Positions 38,117 through 50,799 are shown, counted from the first letter of the stretch. The stretch is DNA of 64,000 nucleotides from Octopus sinensis (GCF_006345805.1 NC_043005.1:1054001-1118000), one strand, 5' to 3'. Program-made: numbers and translations. Notes: a model not told the origin generated them from the letters alone.

Positions 38117-38330
38117 AAGGTAGTGAGCTGAGAGAATTGTTAGCATACTGGGCAAAATGCCCAGCGGCATTTCGTCCGTCTTTATTTGTTCTGAGTTCAA
38201 ATTCTGCTGGGGTCAATTTTGCCTTTCATCCTTTCGGGTTCAATAAAATAAGTACAAGGGTCAGTGTAAATCGACTTATCCCTTCCCACTTATCCCTTCA
38301 GACCTGGTGCCTAGAATAGAAAGGATTATT
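38117..38330 (+). mobile_element. tRNA-derived SINE, family A
   Basis: gagttcaaattctgc B-box, ttttgcctttcatcctttcgggttcaataaaataagtac core, agaaaggattatt tail. Confidence 0.85.
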
Positions 38331-38612
38331 TCATTATATTAATATTGTCCTTTTTCAACTTTGAATTGATTTTAATTAATTTTTTTCCTTTTACATATCT
38401 CCAAGTCCTTATATATTTCATAATTGGATTAAGTCCCTTTTATTTTGATTGACTTTTTTTCCAGTGTCTGTGTGTCATTTGTTTTTGTTCACCTCATACC
38501 CAGAAGCAGACTGGCCTCAAGGCCTCTATCAAACACAAGCTTTCTAATAGCTCTCACCTTTCCTCCATACAGGTGTATATATTTGCTATTTATTTGTTTC
38601 GTATTTATTTAT

Positions 38613-38730
38613 TATTCTTATACAAGAACGTTGTTGAAGCCAGCTAAGCCATCATTGGACTAGTCTGATGACAGCTCAGCTGGCTGATATCTCGAAGGTC
38701 ACTGTCGACAACTGTTCTTGTATAAGAATA
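38613..38730. repeat. 118-nt imperfect hairpin, possible tiny TA-flanked MITE
   Basis: Arms tattcttatacaagaac-gttgttga / tcgacaactgttcttgtataagaata, plus inner helices agccagctaagc/gctcagctggct and catca/tgatg. Confidence 0.7.
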
Positions 38731-39825
38731 CTAAATTTCTGCTCTACTAAAATACAAAGTAGCCCATCAGATTCATGTAAAACTGTCTTCCTTATAACTG
38801 AGGATAAAACAAACCTTAATGTGTGTGTGTGTGTGTGTGTGTACAAACACATACATACATATAACTAGCTTAAGACAAGAGACTTATGAAGTGGGTATGA
38901 AAAATGTGAGATAAAGACAATTTTTTTAATGCATTCATAAAACAAAAAAACTGAAACTGCCTGAAGTGATTTTGTGATAAAAAATGATAATCCTGAAGCG
39001 AAAGTGTTGTTGCCACTGATGGTGGTGCTGATGCTAAGTTTTTGGCCAGCCCTGATCTATCCCCATTCCACCACAACTACCCAGTGATTTCTTTCTAGGC
39101 AGGATATCGAGAATTACAGTCATTCAATATTTTCCCTTCTGGTTGAAATGTTAGAATAGATTTCGTGTTTGGATTTGGTTTGCAAGATTCTTTATGTGAG
39201 TTCGTGTGTTGAAGCATATTCTGTTGTGTCTGGGGAGAGTCATTTTCTTTTTGTGCCTTGTAATTTAATTTAACACACTCACCGGTAAAATTTCCACTTA
39301 TTTCTTATTTTTATTTTTAAGGGAAATTCATCAGCCATTTTCCACAGGTTGAGTTACCAGAGAGAAGCTGCTTCATTGCTGTGTGAACACAGTATGCTAA
39401 GGTGGTGAGTTTGCTTGTGTATGTGTGTATGTTTATAGTGCCGTAAAGAGGTGTTGGCAGAAGTGTTTGTCTAATTGATGTTAACGATGATGCTGATAGG
39501 GTTGGTGAATGAAGAGAGTGCAATAAGATGAGTATGTTGGAAGAAATAATGATTATTGAGGGGGTGATGGAAGGAAGGAGAGAGAGTGAGAAAGAAAGAG
39601 TGAGAGAGAGAGAGAGAGAGAAAGAAAGAGAGAGAGAGTGGGGTCATACAGATATACTGAAAAGAGGCAGCTTATTCTTTGTGAAGTAACTGAAGAATTA
39701 TTTTTGTATCCCAGTCAGGGTAAGTGATATCTGAGAAGGTAGCCCAGAATCTCTACCATACCAACAATTCTCTCTCTCACTACTAGCAAACCTATCAACC
39801 AACCAATCAGCTGACTGACAGCTGG

Positions 39826-39868
<43 letters not shown>

Positions 39869-40003
39869 CATAGACTTTGGTACAAATTCTACACTAGTTC
39901 CACTCAATACCACACTACAAGTTATATTGTTGTTTTGAAATAAACACCCACCAACAGTATGAAGCTGAGAGGCTGGCCAAAAAGAAGTTCTAAATGATGA
40001 AGG

Positions 40004-40007
<4 letters not shown>

Positions 40008-40056
<49 letters not shown>
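40008..40056. repeat. (AG)n microsatellite
   Basis: Direct reading. Confidence 0.95.
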
Positions 40057-40059
<3 letters not shown>

Positions 40060-40319
40060 GAGTTGGAGAGAGACAAGGAATTAAGTGTATATACACATGT
40101 ATAGATTAGATAGGCAGGTAGATGGAGAGGTAGGTAAACAAATAGATAGAGAGGATTTGTGTTTTCAAAAGATGTGTTTCATGAAATGATTTAAAAAGTG
40201 CATCCAATTTCTTGAATATTCTGCCAATGTGTGTGTGTGTGTGTGTATGGTGGGGGAGGCATAAGTTCTTGTTATTCTCCTGCATGGACTTATATGTGTG
40301 GCAGCAACAACAAAAGATG

Positions 40320-40547
40320 TTAACCCTTTCATTACTGTATTTATTTCGAGATGCTCTGTGTGTCTTTCAATTACTTTAAATATAACATAGAATTTAGTAA
40401 AATAACTTAGTTATCATTCAGCTAGTGTTAGGGACATAAATTGTGACTAAAGTTTGGTGGAAGATTTTAATTCAAAACTTATGCCATCAAAACATTTGTA
40501 CTGAGAGCCAGAGCCAGTTTCAGCCGGGTTGGCATCGAAAGGATTAA
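40320..40547. mobile_element. Second TTAA-flanked MITE family, 220 bp plus TSDs
   Basis: TTAA-ccctttcattac ... gcatcgaaagga-TTAA. Interior unrelated to the 24578 element. Confidence 0.6.
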
Positions 40548-41055
40548 ATAAAAAGCCTGGTGTTATTCATTCTCGCTATACACATTGCCCAAACCATCCC
40601 TGCCCAGGTCAACTTTGCCTTTCGTCTCTTGAGGCTTTGCTAGAAGGGTATCATGCAAGGGCAGTGAAATGGCAGAATGTTACATGGGTGAAAGACCTTG
40701 TGGTAGAATAAAAAAAAAAAAAAAGCAAAAGCAGTGATATGCTTGGGAGGAGTTGAAGCAAGTGGCCACCAAGTATTTCAGTTGATTATTCTTCTGGCAC
40801 ACAGCATTTGGCGGAGGGAACTTCAAAAGGACTTTCAAGTCCTGTACACATCCATACACAAATTTCTGAAGACATTCACACTGGGAATTATTGATTTTTT
40901 TTTTTACAATTCAAACAATATTAGTAAATTTTCTTGTAATAAACCAACAGTAACTGACACAAAAAATAATTTGATAAAGACAAATCTTAAAAATCAATTA
41001 TGTATAGATTAATTAAGATTTCCAAGTATAATGCTGCAGCAGAAGAGTATGTTTA

Positions 41056-41073
41056 GTGTGTGTGTGTGTGTGT

Positions 41074-41146
<73 letters not shown>
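41056..41146. repeat. (TG)n-(TA)n compound microsatellite
   Basis: Direct reading. Confidence 0.95.
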
Positions 41147-41149
<3 letters not shown>

Positions 41150-43377
41150 CCTTTAAGATGAGTTAGGATAGATAAGAGTTTGGTAAAATAGAATGTCTGC
41201 AAACACACACTCAATACAGTTGAACGTGTATTCCAATTAATTTGAATGTGAAGTTAGAAATCAAAACATTACAATAAAACTAAAATTACAAGACTTTAAT
41301 CATTTATGATAGGAAATATCTTAATAGTTTGAAAATTTCCGGTTACTCTGATAGTTGTGTGTGTGTGTGTGTGCATGTAGTTTTCAGGGGGAAAAGCAAT
41401 GTAGACTGGAATAAATTCATAGGATGATATGCCTTAAACTAATGTTAAATTTCAGTTAAACCATTTCACTTGTTCTTCATAGCAGTATTTATAGCCCTAA
41501 CCAACAACCAAGAGAGAAACTGCCTCTGTCAGGTTGACTTGTTCACAACAAGAAAACACTCCATAACAAAATAATTCAAGACTTTGCTAAAGGATACAAG
41601 ACATTTACATTTTATATACACCCATACACACACAAAGATTAGCAACCAAAAAGAGAAAGGGCAAACGGCTGTTAAACTTGCCTTGGCTTTCACCTGTACT
41701 ACTCCAAATGCCAGGGTGGTGCCAATTCTGCAGCGTTTGATAAGTAATTTAGCTGTGCAGGGGTCTGCAGGTGACTGGGTGGGGTGACATGTGGAAACAT
41801 TGGGTTTAGCTGGTATATCCATGCAAGGCGTCATATTGGTGACAATGCTGACAGATAATCCATTCTGGTGAGAGAGAAGGGGCTGAAAAAGTGTGCAACC
41901 AAATTCCTGATGGCTGGTGTTATCAGTAGTTGAGAAAATAAAATTGGTAGCAGTGATGTGGTGTGCTTGTAGTGAATAGCAGTTCCTGTGACAACAAGGG
42001 GGGGAGAGGAATTTATGAAGAAAGTTGTTGTGTGTGTGTGTGTGTTGCTGTCTTCTACCACTGATGCTGATGCTGTTACAACAGAAGCCTAAAAGTTTTG
42101 ATGGGTAGGCAGTGGGAGAGGGAAAAGAGGGTAAGTGGGAGTCAAGCCTGGCTCATCATCATCATCATCATGAGGTTGTATAGTAGTATGAGAATTTGTT
42201 GAAAAGATTCAGAAACAGGAATAGATTATTATTATCATCATCATCGTTGTCATCATCACCATCATCATCTTCATGGCAATATTCCATTCTGTTGCCTAGA
42301 CTACTGACTGTAAACCATATTTGCCAAATTTACCCAGAGTAAGCTACAAGTGAAACTGGTAGCAAAGGTGGTAGTGGTGGTGGTGATGTTTGAAAAAAGG
42401 AGAAAAAGAGTACAGCCTTTTGTAAATCAGCTGTAAACAGAGGTGGGGGGAGGGGTTAAGGTATTCCACAAGGATATCTTCCTCCTCCAAGCTTTTCAGA
42501 AGAAACAAGAATATATATGTATGTGTGTGTGTGTTGGTGTTGTTTAGCACCAAGTCCACCTTGAGTAAACCTAACAGATCATCATCATTAAAGGTATCCA
42601 AGCAATGACCATCCAGCCTCTGATGACCACAACTGTCCAAAGTGTCCTTTCCTTTATAAGAGTGTCATTTGCAGGTGATTCATTCACATTTTGTGGTGGG
42701 TCGAGTGATTATGTGGCCCTTAAACTCACTGCTTCATGCGTAGATTTCTAGCTTTTCATATGACTTTGTAAAGTATTTTTGTAGGAGGATATAGATTCCT
42801 GCATTCGCATGGATAAATGTCAAGTATGTGACAGCTTGTGTAAGAGAAACTGCTTGTAAACCTATCTTTTGTATGTATGTGTGATTCTGTCACCAGAAGG
42901 TTTTGTGGATTTGTGTGACTGCTAGTATGTATTGTTAAATAAATCAAGCCATTGTCTCTACAAAACAAATCATTCAAAATGTTCAACAATTAAAGATTTC
43001 ATAACCCCCACCACAATAAACTAAGCAGTTAGAGCCAACCGAAGCAAAATGTAATTGTTGAGCTAAACAATACTGTTTTTGTTTGTTTGTTTGTTTCTGT
43101 ATGTCCTTTACTAAATTTCCTGGAAACCGAACAGTGTATGCACATATGTGTGTGTGTGTGTCGAGAAGGAGAGAAACACATTAAATATGACTTTTCCTGG
43201 TCAAGATGTTTTCAGGAATGCAACAGGTAGCTCGTTAAGTAAGGTATTTCTAAACAAACAGCTAGACACACTCACTGTTTTTGCTAGACACACTTTGACC
43301 ACATACACATTACTATCACACAATAACAGGCAACCAGAAGATCAGCATTAATAATAGCAGCAGTGATAAGAAAATGT

Positions 43378-43378
43378 T

Positions 43379-43434
<56 letters not shown>

Positions 43435-43511
43435 TGTGTAGGTGTTCATGCCACACAAACAGCCAACATAAACTTGGAGAAAAATACCACTGTGAAGGAA
43501 AACAACAATTG

Positions 43512-43542
<31 letters not shown>
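43378..43542. repeat. Two (ACT)n microsatellites (43378-43432, 43511-43542)
   Basis: Direct reading. Confidence 0.9.
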
Positions 43543-43543
<1 letters not shown>

Positions 43544-43783
43544 GTGACAGGACAGATTTCTTATGTAGAAAACCCAGCAGCAGCAACTAGTAAAAGTAAC
43601 AAAAATAACCACACCTTTTTCTCCAAAGAAATCATGACCAAGGGAAATTGGTGGACAACTGGTATCTGGCACACACAAATAATATACACAGACACATTCA
43701 GAGATACATAAACACACACACACATTTGTTTTTTTTATATATATCCATTACATACATACATACACACACACACACACATACAT

Positions 43784-43956
43784 GAGAGGCTTCTTTTAGT
43801 TTCCATCTACCAAATCCACTAATAAGTCTTTCATCAGCCCAGAGTTACTGTAAAGACACTTGCTCAAGGTGTCATGCAGTGGGACTGAACCCAAGTCTCA
43901 GGCCAACTAAAGCCTTGTGAATGGATTTCATAGATGGAGACTGAAAAAAGCCTGTC
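43784..43956. mobile_element. Two family B SINE fragments fused in inverted orientation
   Basis: 43784-43839 and 43901-43956 are reverse complements of the SINE 3' part; the central part is SINE core/B-box on the minus strand. Confidence 0.7.
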
Positions 43957-45585
43957 ACACACACACACACACACACAATGCATTTTTATGATTTTATTAT
44001 GGCTAAGAATTGAAATATTTGTATGTGATTTATATTTAATATTTATTACTTATATTAAATTAGGATCTAGTCAAACAGATTTGCAAAATATGCACTTTTT
44101 AAAAGGAAATTAAAAAATCTGAAAATCGGGTATAATAATGTAGTTTCCCAGTCTTATTGCTATGAAGATATGATAATGTGGAGAAAAAAATGGAGGAAAA
44201 GGTTACAGAGGTTAAAAAAAAAAAAGAAAAAAAAAAAGAAAAACTATTTTTAGCTAATAGCAAGACAGAAATTTCCTGCATTTAGTGGAGTGGTGTCAAC
44301 TGACCTGTTCATTGTAGGTTTCTAAATAAACAGAAATACCCAATAAAATCAACAGGTATCATCTTACTGTTTCTTTTGTCTCTTCATTGATTGTATGTTT
44401 TAATTATTTTTTTCAAATTTGTTATATTAATGTATTTGTCTGCATGTGTTTACTTTATGCGTATTTCAGTATCATGTATACCTGACATGTATTTCTGTAC
44501 ATCGTTAATATATATGTGTATGTGTGTCTGAAAACTTCAAAGTTGAGTAATGCTTTCATGCTTGGATTTGTAAATTATAATAAGAATAACACTGGTCAAC
44601 AAAGAATTTGTCCCAAGAAAAAGAATACCCGTATCTTGTATGTTTTTGCATGCAGAATTCAAAAATAATGTCAAACTATCTGTAACACCCACAGTTTCTC
44701 TGTTCCACGATATCCTTCTCAGTTCCTGTTACGTGGACTAAATTTCAGTTAAGCTGTTGAAATGTGAAGCAAAGGGTTTAAGAAATACTCCTTATTTGAA
44801 TGATTATGAATAGAATTAATCTAGTGAGATCATAAATCCAGCTATCTGAGTCAATGAGTGCCTGAATTTTGCAATACTGAGTCGATGAGTCATCGATGCT
44901 TTGTCAGTATTGTGCTTGAAGTGTAGGTGTGCGGTTGTGTACTAAGTTCACATTTTCCATTCACTTTCATAATGCCAAGAAACTGTATGAACATCACAAA
45001 CAACTTTTGTTGTATATGAAAAATATGTAAAATATGAAGACAATTGATGGAAAATATCTATAATAAAATTCTAATTGATAAATATGAATTTTTATTAAAA
45101 TAAAACAGGTGGGTGAAGTAAATTATGCGGCTGTCATGGTAACAAGCTGTAAGTGCCTCACTGTCTGCTGATTGGCTAAAATTACCCAAATTTGTCAACT
45201 TTCATTCCAAATGACATCAGATTCTTTAATTTATGAGATAAAGTAATTGGTTGATCATAATCAAAATTCAAAGTGGCATCCATGCACCAGAATTGGAAGC
45301 AATCTGAACAAAATTAAAGGGGACTCATTTTGTGAATGAAACTAACTATATCCTTATATTATTATAAGAATATAATATAATATATACTATGATGCTAATA
45401 AATTTAAAATTTTAATTTTTGAATTGTCAATTGTTATACATCTCCATTTTCTATTCATTTATATAATTTAATATATACCCATGTAATTTGTCAAGTTATT
45501 TTTCTCTGCAAGATTGGGTATTTAACTGTGGAGCCAGCAAAAGATTGGATGCTTTTCATCCCTATTTTCCTTGGATTATTTTAAA

Positions 45586-45617
45586 TATATATATGCATAT
45601 ATATATATATATATATA

Positions 45618-45650
<33 letters not shown>
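45586..45650. repeat. (TA)n microsatellite
   Basis: Direct reading. Confidence 0.95.
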
Positions 45651-45654
<4 letters not shown>

Positions 45655-46491
45655 CCCTCACTAAAACAACCATACTCTCTTCCTTCAGGGGAACCGCTCA
45701 CAGCCTCTAACAATATCAGAGACCTGGGTGTAATTGTTGATGACGATCTCAGTTGGAGTGGAGTGCACACATTAACAAGAAGGTCGATATAGCTCGTAGG
45801 ATGAGTTCCTGGATCTTAAGAACTTTCCGGTCCAGAGAACAAGGTGTCATCATACCACTTTTTTCCTCCTTTGTACGGCCACACCTTGAATACTGCTGCC
45901 CACTGTGGTCTCCTCACACAAGACAAAACATCTCCAGAATTGAGTCACCCCAGAGGGCTCTCACTAAACAAATTGAAGGCATGGCTGCTCTCGATTATTG
46001 GGATCGCCTTAAAGCCTTGAAACTTTACTCCCTCCAGCGTCGCCGTGAGCGGTACATCATTTGTACGATGTGGAAAATATACCGCCAACTTTGCCCAAAC
46101 GACCTAAACATTAGCTTCAAGGTTCATCCAAGACTTGGACCACGGGCTATACGTCCCCTGCCCAATTCAAGATCACAACATACATGTACACTGCAACATA
46201 ATTTCTTTTCCTCAACAGGCCCTGCCCTATTTAACATTGTCCCGAGGGAGATCAAAGAGGAAAAGGATCCCATCAACTTTAAACAGAGTCTGGATAGATT
46301 CCTTCAAAGAATACCAGATAAGCCACCCATAATTGGATACAACTCACCCAACAAGAACTCACTACTTGAACAAAACTTGACTTAAACAAAACTTGACTTA
46401 AACAGGATTCGAATAATCCTATCAGGTGGTGCTATTAAGTTAGACATGGCCTGGACCAATCTCTGGTCGAAACATATCTAAGTTTATCTAA

Positions 46492-46495
<4 letters not shown>
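45651..46495 (+). mobile_element. 5'-truncated CR1-like LINE (different subfamily from 15124-16926)
   Basis: IRDLGVIVD, WILRTFRSR, VRPHLEYCCPLWSP and YSLQRRRERY. A tggag duplication causes a frameshift. 3' stem-loop gacca-atctc-tggtc-gaaac and tail (tatctaagtt)2. Confidence 0.92.
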
Positions 46496-46582
<87 letters not shown>

Positions 46583-46619
46583 GTATGTATGTATATATGT
46601 ATATATATATATATGTATG

Positions 46620-46657
<38 letters not shown>

Positions 46658-46682
46658 TATATGTATATGTATATATATGTAT

Positions 46683-46742
<60 letters not shown>

Positions 46743-46763
46743 GTATATGTATATATATATATA
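46496..46763. repeat. Expanded (TA)/(TATG)n microsatellite
   Basis: Direct reading. Confidence 0.97.
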
Positions 46764-47605
46764 TCATCATCATCATTTAACATCCGTTTTCCATGCTAGC
46801 ATGGGTTGGACGGTTCGACCGGGGTCTGGTAAGCCATGGAGATGGAGGCTGCACCAGGCTCCAATCTGATTTGGCAGTGTTTCTACAGCTGGATGCCCTT
46901 CCTAACGCCAACCACTCTGTGAGTGTAGTGGGTGTTTTTTACGTGCCACCGGCACAGGAGCCAGCGCAGGCTGGCAAATGGCCACGATCAGTTGGTGCTT
47001 TTAGGTGTCACGGACACGGACGGCAGTCAGGCGACGCTAGTAATTGCTACGTTCAGGCGGTGCTTTTTATGTGTCACTGGCACTGATGTCTTAACTACAA
47101 TTACCATTCGAATTTTTGATGTTGACGAACTTGACTCAACAGGTCTCCTCAAGAACAGCAGGTCACTCTAGGATCCAAGGTCAGCACAGCAGGCCGTCCT
47201 GCAAGCCATGAACCCACTTAATTTGTCGGGTCTTCGAAGTCACAGCATATCTCCAGAGGTCTCGGTCTTTCATCATAGCCGCTGTGAGGCTCAAAGCACA
47301 AAGGTCATGCTTGACCACCTTGTCCCATGTCTTCCTGAGTCTACCTCTACCCCAGATCCCTTCAACAGTTTGGGAGTGGCACTTCTTCACACATCTCTCC
47401 TCGTCCATCCTTAATACATGACCGTACCCATGCAATCGTCTCTCTTGCACACTGCATCCAATGCTTCTTATGCCCAACATTTCTCTCAGGACGCTTACAC
47501 TCTGTCATGGACACTGACATTACACATCCAGCGGATCATGCTAGCTTCATTTCTTTCAAGCCTAGGCATGTCCTCCGCAGTCACAGCCCACGTTTCACTG
47601 CCATG
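46764..47605 (-). mobile_element. 5'-truncated RTE LINE
   Basis: HGSETWAVTAEDM..RNEASMIRWMC..VQERRL..GRGRLRKTWDKVVKHDL, UTR subrepeats and (ATG)n tail. Confidence 0.93.
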
Positions 47606-47888
47606 GGTGGGGGGCGGGGCACGGAATGTGTGGGTGAGCTTGTGTGTTTCAAGTAAGGGTGGATGAGTATATACATATAGGCACATGTACGTGGGTGTGC
47701 GAACGCGCATATGTATGTATGGACATGCGCGCTTACATGATTGCTATGAACATTTTTACTCCCTTACCATTACTCCCTCCCCTCACTTAGTGGTCATTCA
47801 AATAGCTCTTTTGTCTTAATAGCGGTCAATCACACAGTAATTTCCCTTTGTTTAACGGTCATTTTCATAGCATTTTTTTCAATGGCCC

Positions 47889-47949
47889 GATAACTGAAGA
47901 GGTGCCGGTGTGGGTTTCCACCCTGACATCTGGAACTTGGAGTTTTATC
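47889..47949 (+). ncRNA. Type I hammerhead ribozyme-like motif (one core defect)
   Basis: Helix I GAUAA/UUAUC (5 bp), core CUGAAGA, long interrupted helix II, GGAA instead of GAAA, helix III ACU/AGU, GUU triplet. Confidence 0.55.
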
Positions 47950-48547
47950 ATGGCTACCAAATAATAGCCACATTTTATATATATATGCTTTTGCTCCTTA
48001 TTTCTCTCTCCATCACGGTTGCTGGCTTGTTTATATTTCTCTCCCTACACCTGTTCTTCTGTTCACCACTCAAGATACAAGGCCTGGCTATTCGCAAGGA
48101 ACTCACCGTTACCCACCCCAATACCCAATGTCAGAAGTCTCTCTCTCTCATTTTCTCCTTGGTTAGTAGCAAGCCTCTGTCTCAGCTCATCACCCCATAC
48201 ATGGATAAACAAGCCTGCCAGTAGGTCCCTTCCAGCAGCAGTGACAGCCATAACAATCTCATATAACAACAGTATTCTTCTTTGCGTTTGAGCATTTGGA
48301 ATCCTACTCTATTTCTACTTTATTTTCTGACTAAATTTTTATGGATTTTGATACACTATATACAGCAAATGTTGAGAATAAGCAAATAATGAATGAATGA
48401 TGGCAATTTTAATGAAACCATCTGCTGGCCAAGCACAATTGAACTTCTTTTATTCTCCACAGGTAGAGATGCTGCAAAACCCTGATCAACAAAGAACCAA
48501 GCAGCTCCTCCTTCTTTTGTGTAGATTCCAAAACAGAGCAGCAACTT

Positions 48548-49200
48548 TTAAATTTAGGTGCAATGAAAGGTAGGCCTAGTGAGCTTATGGAGATGCTGGA
48601 GCGAAGATGAGTGGATGTGTGTCATGTGCTAGAGGTAACAAGGCAGGGATCTTCAACTGAACTCCTCACAGGTAGAAGACAGCAGTTCAAACTTTTCTGG
48701 GTGAGCAATAGTGATGGCAAGGGTGGAGTGGGTGTAGTCAGAGTATGTGATAGGATAATTAAGTTAAGACTAATCATAGACAGCACAAGAGTAACATTAT
48801 TTTGGCATAAGCACCACAGGTGAGGTGGGTGGGAGAACAGAAGGATCACTTCCACGAGACTCTTCTGCTGCCGAGTACCTCAACTATAAGTGATGGTGAC
48901 CTCATTATCATGGCTGGTGACTCCAACAGACAAACATGTTGGACAACACATTAATAGCTTTTGCAATGTACAAGAAGGCTATGGTTACAACATGAGAAAT
49001 AAAGCAGGTGTAAAGCTCTTACCATGTGGTATTCTAGCTATCCTAATTTAAACCAACTGGACTACAACATCAGGTAACCAACCAGTGAGATAGTGACCAA
49101 TCAGTGACCCTACACTGTCAATGACTCATTGAAGGTTGCTACCATGCACCACTGGACTCTGGCAGACTGGTATTTACATGGTTGTCATTGAGATTCAGGT
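48548..49200 (+). pseudogene. Decayed RTE LINE endonuclease (APE) region
   Basis: LGAMKGRPSELMEMLERR*VDVC, FKLFWVSNSDGKGGVG, VRVCDRIIKLRL and DLIIMAGDSN. Confidence 0.8.
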
Positions 49201-49390
49201 CAGTAGTATTGAATAACCTGTTTCTTTTAATATATCAAGCTGAGTATGTGTATCAGTTTTCTGGTAAATATTTTGAGTATGAGAAATTAACACAACACAA
49301 TAACAGGTGCTATTATGGCATCTAAGGTTGCAGCGATCAAAAGGACTTGTACTCACAAGGAACACACACACACACAAACATCACTTGTTT

Positions 49391-49495
49391 TCAATCTGTG
49401 TTTTCTATACCCAAGTCTTGTGTATAGATTTGTGTATAGAAAACAGAGACTTGTGTATAGAAAACAGAGACTTGTGTATAGAAAACAGAGATCAA
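49391..49495. repeat. 21-bp tandem repeat x3 with an upstream inverted copy
   Basis: Unit ttgtgtatagaaaacagagac at 49430, 49451 and 49472. 49391-49417 is an approximate reverse complement. Confidence 0.9.
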
Positions 49496-50799
49496 CTGTT
49501 TTCTTTTTTTGGGGTGGGTGGGGGGGGCACTCTCCTAGTATAGCCCACCTTTCTGAACATTCTAATCTTGAATATTTGAAATATATTTTCATAAGCATAT
49601 ATCCTTATATTTATTATGAAGATGTGAGAAACTGTGATGTTCATGCCTTTCTTGTTATTAGTAACATATTACTGGATACTGAAACTACATTGTGGACATT
49701 TAATGAATAGTATGGATTTTTTCAAAGTCATTCTCCACCTAACAACACCAACAGCAATAATAGCTAGACAACATGAGGAGTGAATCAGCAGAAAAGGGTA
49801 AAAAATTATAAAAATAAACAAATATTCAAAACATATTCAGAAGGATAAGGCTGTTTTACTTTAAAGAAACTTATATAAGACAATTCAAACAGACGAAAAA
49901 CAAGAAAAACATAAAAGAAAGATCTCTTTTTTATATATTTCAAATCTTTGGACAATGGACAAGAGTTTAAAATATAAAATAAGAACAGTAATAAACGAGT
50001 GAAGAAAAAATATATAGTGTGTGTGTTTATTTGGCAAAAAAACCCCCAAAAAACGACCATCTCGAAATACAATAAAATCTTTTTTTTTATTTTCATTTAA
50101 TTTTCTGGCATGAAGCTACACCTTCTCAAGAACCCAACAAGGAAATCCGAGATACACTTCCTCAATACACCTTATTCTTCTCAGCTCTTAACTTAAAATT
50201 GAGCCAGAGCCAAGATAATGTAATGACAAGAAAAAAATCCTAATTAATACCTAAGGAGTGAGAAAAAGAAAACATTAACTCAATGACTCGTTAGCACTAC
50301 TTTAGTCTCTACCTCAACTAGGTTAGTTTTAATTGGGTTTATTCTTTGAGCCGATAGCTTCCCTAAGCAATTTCCATCATTTCCAGTTTTTGATATCACT
50401 TGTGTTTATTGATATAGGGATTTTCTTATAATATGATACCAAGTATGAAAACAACTTCAAGGAGAACAGCAACATATTTGCAGTGTCACCAATATTTGCC
50501 AAGATTAGATTAAATTGATATTTAGTTATTGAACTTATTACCACCACATAATGATTATTAATTAATTAGATTTTTTCCCGCTCATTACATTATGCAGACA
50601 ACCCTAATAAGCCTTATTTCTTTCAATGTTATCCCCCAGTCTGGCCTAGTTGGAAATGAGATATTCATATACAATGTAGAATTGTTAAATGATCAAAGTC
50701 TCTAGGCCCTTAAAAGAAATTAGAATTTCTAACATAAGTACAAGGCTTCAGTTTTGGTAGCAGAGAGAGAAAATTAAATCTGTGTCAGAACGGTTTTTA

